From a virus (Duplodnaviria; Caudoviricetes), in IMG/VR virus record IMGVR_UViG_3300025732_000016: a stretch of DNA of 64,000 bases; one strand, written 5' to 3'. The translations under genes and the position numbers were made by a program. Shown here in pieces: positions 60,531-64,000 of the stretch. Numbering within the stretch: position 1 is the first letter of the stretch; each line of letters starts with the position of its first letter. Below the pieces are notes generated by a model. The model was given only the letters and a program-made list of their open reading frames with translations. It had not been told where the DNA came from and made no database searches.

Positions 60531-61468
60531 CTCTTTATCCCCGCGAGGTAGCTCCACCTCTCCATGATCATGTCGTCCTCGAGTCTTCTGTTTTCAGAAA
60601 TTCCACGAGGGTCAAGGTCCTCATCGGAGCCCTCATATGACTTGTTCGGAAACTCTGGGCTCGCTTCATCGTGAGCAAACTCACCAGGACCGTAGATGTG
60701 AAGTTCCGAAGGTACCTTCGATGCCACCGCGGCTTCGACCTCTTTCGTGTTCTTTTCCAGGTCGTCGTAGAAATGGACTTCTTCAGGAGAGCCGCCGGGT
60801 TCACTCAAGTACTTCTTGATGATTGCGATACCCTTGTTCTGACCAGTGACCCCCATCACCCCGTCAGTGGGTTTTGCTCCCAGTCTCGAAAGAAACTGCT
60901 CCATGTCCTGGGAGTTAGTGGCGGGCACGGGATTTCCGTGAAAGTCGGTGCCGACACCGTCAGCCTTCCTCGCAGTGATGACTATCGTGTCAGACCCCTG
61001 GGCGTTTGCTCGTCTCAGCTTGTTGACAGTCGGCTCGATGGGCTGGGTGTTTTCCGTGTCGGTGCCCGATGAAGGAGTGAAGTCGATGAGTATCGTCTCT
61101 CCTGGCTGGTTGACCTTGTCCGCGAAACCTGTGGTCACTCCCTGTTTGGCAGGCGGGAAAGCTTTCTGGACCCTGCCCAGGCCGGACGAGTTGAGGTACA
61201 CCGCCATCCCGTTTTCTCTCTCAGGGATCGGTACGATACCTGGTGGGAGGATTGCGCTCATGGGGACCCCGAGGGAAGAGAGCCACTGCTTGACATCGGC
61301 TTCTGTCTTGTGAGCGGGAGAACCGTCATTGTAGAGCATCACGCCGTTCGCGTTGACCGTGAGACCGAGAGTGTCGTCAAAGTCGAAGACATGCACCTGC
61401 TTGTCAGGCGGTGCGTCTCCCGGTATTGCGTCCTCGAAGAGGATGTCTACAAGCTTCCTGCGTTTCAT
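60527..61468 (-). CDS. HAD-superfamily phosphatase-like protein
   Basis: FDFDDTL, ITAR, NKG and FYDD; terminal MKRRKLVDILFE and ERWSYLAGI helices. Confidence 0.7.
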   Translation of the reverse strand: MKRRKLVDILFEDAIPGDAPPDKQVHVFDFDDTLGLTVNANGVMLYNDGSPAHKTEADVKQWLSSLGVPMSAILPPGIVPIPERENGMAVYLNSSGLGRVQKAFPPAKQGVTTGFADKVNQPGETILIDFTPSSGTDTENTQPIEPTVNKLRRANAQGSDTIVITARKADGVGTDFHGNPVPATNSQDMEQFLSRLGAKPTDGVMGVTGQNKGIAIIKKYLSEPGGSPEEVHFYDDLEKNTKEVEAAVASKVPSELHIYGPGEFAHDEASPEFPNKSYEGSDEDLDPRGISENRRLEDDMIMERWSYLAGIKR

Positions 61469-61680
61469 CTTGTCGTTCCCACTCTTCCGATCTTGCCGTC
61501 GGAAAGGATCTTCTTCACATCGTTCGCCAAGTCCTGCACTCCCTGCTTGAAGGGATCGATGAATACATATGCAGCTGCGACGATCGCGATGACAATCACG
61601 CTGATGAGGAGCATGTACTCTACAGTTGACTGACCCTCTTCCTCGCGGAGAAGCTGCTTTGCTGTCTGCAAAAACATCAC
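61465..61680 (-). CDS. flp: Flp/Tad (type IVc) prepilin
   Basis: EEEG|QSTVEY cleavage motif followed by a hydrophobic helix. Confidence 0.85.
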   Translation of the reverse strand: MMFLQTAKQLLREEEGQSTVEYMLLISVIVIAIVAAAYVFIDPFKQGVQDLANDVKKILSDGKIGRVGTTR

Positions 61681-61940
61681 TTCACTTCGTCGGTTGACTG
61701 GTCAATCTCTTCGTTCCAGTCTGTTCGAAGCTTGATGAGAGGGTTGAAGTTCGCCTTCTTCCTCTCGAGAACAAGAGCAGACTGCGGCTTTTGCAGGACG
61801 CCCTCGATCTCCAGGCCCTCAAAGTCAATCTCAGTCTTCTGCTTGTAAGTGATCTTACGGTCTTCCTCTTCGTCACCGGCTGAAGCGTGACCGGGCAGAA
61901 GAGTCATAGAGAGGATGAGCGCTAGCTTCAAGTACTTCAT
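61677..61940 (-). CDS. cglF: Gliding-motility protein CglF/GltF homologue
   Basis: Signal peptide; YKQKTEIDF...IEGVLQKP...RKK..F..LIKLR..W..EI.QS matches my recollection of the CglF pattern; needs an HMM check. Confidence 0.7.
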   Translation of the reverse strand: MKYLKLALILSMTLLPGHASAGDEEEDRKITYKQKTEIDFEGLEIEGVLQKPQSALVLERKKANFNPLIKLRTDWNEEIDQSTDEVK

Positions 61941-62299
61941 TTTGTGCTCCCAGCCCTTATGTATTCACAGACCTGAGCAAGGACTTCAAGAGCGCAGAGC
62001 TTGTCCCCGTCGGCATCGTCAGAGACACGAAGAGCGAAGAAGTTTCTCTCTTGGTAGGGACTGCCGAGGTGCGCACCGTTCTCAGAGATGAACCAAGTTT
62101 CGCCGTCAGGGACTCCTGCTTCGACGGCGAGACGGCTAGCCTCTCGCATGATGTAGAGAGGATTGTACGGGATCTCTCCGCGGATGAGATGCATTCGCTC
62201 GCTACCGTGGGTGAGCTTCTCCCCACGGTGATTCATTCGTCGTCGAGAATCTCCGTCGATTCGTCGGAGTACTTCCCAGTATTTCTCGTTCGTGATCAC
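61937..62299 (-). CDS. Hypothetical protein
   Basis: GTGA-coupled start at 62299. Confidence 0.5.
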   Translation of the reverse strand: MITNEKYWEVLRRIDGDSRRRMNHRGEKLTHGSERMHLIRGEIPYNPLYIMREASRLAVEAGVPDGETWFISENGAHLGSPYQERNFFALRVSDDADGDKLCALEVLAQVCEYIRAGSTK

Positions 62300-62514
62300 T
62301 TCTTTGCTCCCTCGATGCGTTTGATGTAGTGGTCGATGTACCACATCGCCTTGCGCAGGTCCTCGCCTGCCGTGTTGGTTCCCTTGCGGCCCTGGCGTGC
62401 GATGTACTTGACAGCATTGCCGAGACAGAAATCGAGGTCCCAAGCGTCTATGACGTCAATGACCTCGAATCCCGTGTCCTTGCGGTAGTGACTTGGGTGG
62501 TCCACTTTGCTCAT
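62296..62514 (-). CDS. DUF3310-family phage protein
   Basis: VDHPSHY..EVIDVI..FCLGNAVKYIARQGRK...DLRKAMWY. Confidence 0.85.
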   Translation of the reverse strand: MSKVDHPSHYRKDTGFEVIDVIDAWDLDFCLGNAVKYIARQGRKGTNTAGEDLRKAMWYIDHYIKRIEGAKK

Positions 62515-62695
62515 TCTTGCCCTCCATCTGTATGAGACTGTCACTGAGATACCAACCCTCGGAACCGTCGAGGGGAAACTTCACGAGGACTTCCTCGGGA
62601 AAGACTCCGTTGTGATCGGCAACATCAATGATCACGCCGTACTCCTCGGTGCGGCGCATGTAGGACTTCCACATGACGAGGTCACCCTTCTTCAC
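62456..62695 (-). CDS. Hypothetical SH3-like protein
   Basis: VKKGDLVMW...YGVII...VLVKF. Confidence 0.55.
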   Translation of the reverse strand: MKKGDLVMWKSYMRRTEEYGVIIDVADHNGVFPEEVLVKFPLDGSEGWYLSDSLIQMEGKNEQSGPPKSLPQGHGIRGH

Positions 62696-62933
62696 GGACG
62701 ACCTCGATGTCTTCCCAGTCAAAATGCATGAACCTGTTGCCGATGAGAACGTAAGCCATGATGTCACTCTGGTTGCCGAGACCAACGTAGTCTATCGTAT
62801 CAACCAAGAGCCCGTGTTTCTCGTCAACGAGATCATTCCACATCGCGAAATCATTGTCGTAGTTTAAACTGACAATGTCGCTCCTGTGAAACTCCTTGCC
62901 GTCACGTCGAGTCCAAAGGAGTTCACCGGGCAT
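62682..62933 (-). CDS. Hypothetical SH3-like protein
   Basis: MPGELLW...HGLLV...AYVLI. Confidence 0.5.
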   Translation of the reverse strand: MPGELLWTRRDGKEFHRSDIVSLNYDNDFAMWNDLVDEKHGLLVDTIDYVGLGNQSDIMAYVLIGNRFMHFDWEDIEVVREEG

Positions 62934-63999
62934 GACTCTTCTCGACCTGGGAGCGGAGGTCCTTCAGGTCCTGCCGGTAGAAGTCTGCAGGCTTCGTCTT
63001 CTCGACCTTCTCCTTCTCCTTCCGCTTCTGCTCGACCTTCTTCTGGATCTCTACGAACTTCTCGTAGGTGAGCGACCAGATCGGCATGCTGAGGAGGAAG
63101 TCGTGGGAACCGTCGACCTTCGGGATTCCCTCGGCCTCGATGGACTTCAGGATGTCGGGCTTCTTCTCGTTCACCACGACGATCCGACCCTTCACGACTG
63201 CGTCGACAAAGTCCATCCGAGCGTTGAGGACCTCGAGCTCTCTCGTGAGCTCTGCGAGGAGGTGGGCCTTCCGCTTTCCGTAGTAGTTGAGTCGGAAGTC
63301 CACGAAGTATCGGACAACATCTTCGGCACGATCAAAGACTCGCAGCTTGCCGTGTTCATCGAGAGTTGTGAGGTTCTCGCCCTCGCCCTCCCGCATCTTC
63401 AGGAGGTCACCGAGCCGGTCCTTCTTGATCCACTCGGCGAGGACAGCGCGGGGAAACTTCAGGATGTAGTGAACGCGATCAGAAGAGTGGTCGTCGTAGG
63501 TCGCGAGGATCCCCTTCTCAACGAGAGAGTCGAGGTACTGCTCGTACTTCTCGTAGGTGAAGGAAGGCGGGATCTCGGTGATCTCGACAGTCGAAGTGTT
63601 CTTCACCTCGTACTTGCCCCAGAACGACCAGGAGCGGGGAGCGTTCTCGACCGGTGTGATGTCGCCCCAGAAACCGCGAAGCCAGGGTCTCAGGACGGGA
63701 ACTTCCTTGCCCTCAAGGGCGGCCATGCAGGCATCGATGAGGTCAAGAGGGTGTCTGTTGAGGATGTTCGTCGCGAAGCCGACCGCGATGCCTGAGCCAC
63801 CGTTGAGAAGGACCGTGGGAATGATGGGGAGGAAGAACTTCGGTTCGATCTCCTCACCCTCCTCGTGCTGGGATGTGACGAGCTCGAAGTCCTTGTAAAG
63901 GAGCCTGAAGTTCTCGTTGAACTTTACTCCGATGTATCGAGGAGCACCAGCGGTCGGAGATCGCAGAGACCCAAACTGACCGATGCCCTGGAAGATGGG
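62923..63999 (-). CDS. Type II topoisomerase A-type subunit (GyrA/ParC/T4 gp52-like), 5'-truncated by the window
   Basis: Frame open to the window edge: GQFGSLR..AGAPRY (catalytic Tyr), EPKFFLPIIPTVLLNGGSGIAVGFATNI and ITEIP. Confidence 0.9.
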   Translation of the reverse strand, partial: PIFQGIGQFGSLRSPTAGAPRYIGVKFNENFRLLYKDFELVTSQHEEGEEIEPKFFLPIIPTVLLNGGSGIAVGFATNILNRHPLDLIDACMAALEGKEVPVLRPWLRGFWGDITPVENAPRSWSFWGKYEVKNTSTVEITEIPPSFTYEKYEQYLDSLVEKGILATYDDHSSDRVHYILKFPRAVLAEWIKKDRLGDLLKMREGEGENLTTLDEHGKLRVFDRAEDVVRYFVDFRLNYYGKRKAHLLAELTRELEVLNARMDFVDAVVKGRIVVVNEKKPDILKSIEAEGIPKVDGSHDFLLSMPIWSLTYEKFVEIQKKVEQKRKEKEKVEKTKPADFYRQDLKDLRSQVEKSHAR

Positions 64000-64000
64000 C

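Noticed and set aside
12247-63795. Long antisense ORFs in the track (e.g. 12247-13152, 18812-19534, 28072-29115, 31547-32431, 42498-43313, 46084-47250, 49508-50596, 62896-63795)
   Set aside because: They lie opposite well-supported genes or tRNAs, lack motifs, and are expected shadows of GC3-rich codon usage.
1-64000. Alternative genetic code or suppressor tRNA
   Set aside because: Long conserved genes are intact in the standard code and end at TAA, TAG and TGA; none of the 19 anticodons reads a stop codon.
1-64000. CRISPR array, DGR, retron or IS element
   Set aside because: I found no evenly spaced direct repeats, reverse-transcriptase motif, adenine-specific TR/VR pair or transposase in this window.
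1-64000. Bacterial chromosome segment
   Set aside because: prkA, spoVR, acyl-CoA dehydrogenase, ssrA and tRNAs look cellular, but they are interleaved with tail fibres, DUF3310, many tiny ORFans and phage-style promoters, with no housekeeping operons.

Overview
This 64 kb window is almost certainly part of a huge (jumbo) tailed-phage genome, not a cellular chromosome. It has dense, mostly minus-strand genes with ATGA/TAATG overlaps, tail-fibre and tail-tube-like genes, PhoH, a DinG-like helicase, an ATP-dependent DNA ligase, a minimal PolX, a topoisomerase II subunit, three DNA methyltransferases, 19 tRNAs and a tmRNA, but no rRNA or ribosomal-protein operons. A CglF/GltF gliding protein, a MYXO-CTERM-like motif, DTG-rich lipoproteins and a Flp pilin suggest a Myxococcota-like host (inference). 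The most interesting signals are: (1) a family of otherwise unrelated enzymes sharing a short helical tag (MRITESxLRxxIRExLxE) that resembles a capsid-targeting/prohead-protease signal, including an R-S-E ADP-ribosyltransferase and a three-nucleotidyltransferase operon; (2) a set of host-surface/social-behaviour genes (CglF next to a Flp pilin, a TraA/TraB-like adhesin-OmpA fusion, tiny acidic lipoproteins); (3) an unannotated three-way-junction RNA inside a tRNA operon, plus unusual tRNAs (Ile-UAU, short-arm Leu-UAA); (4) a QueF homologue with no cysteine; (5) a shared N-terminal SSFxG motif on three genes downstream of a tail fibre; and (6) three recurring promoter classes read from the DNA. 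All functional calls come from motifs recognised by eye; no database search was run.
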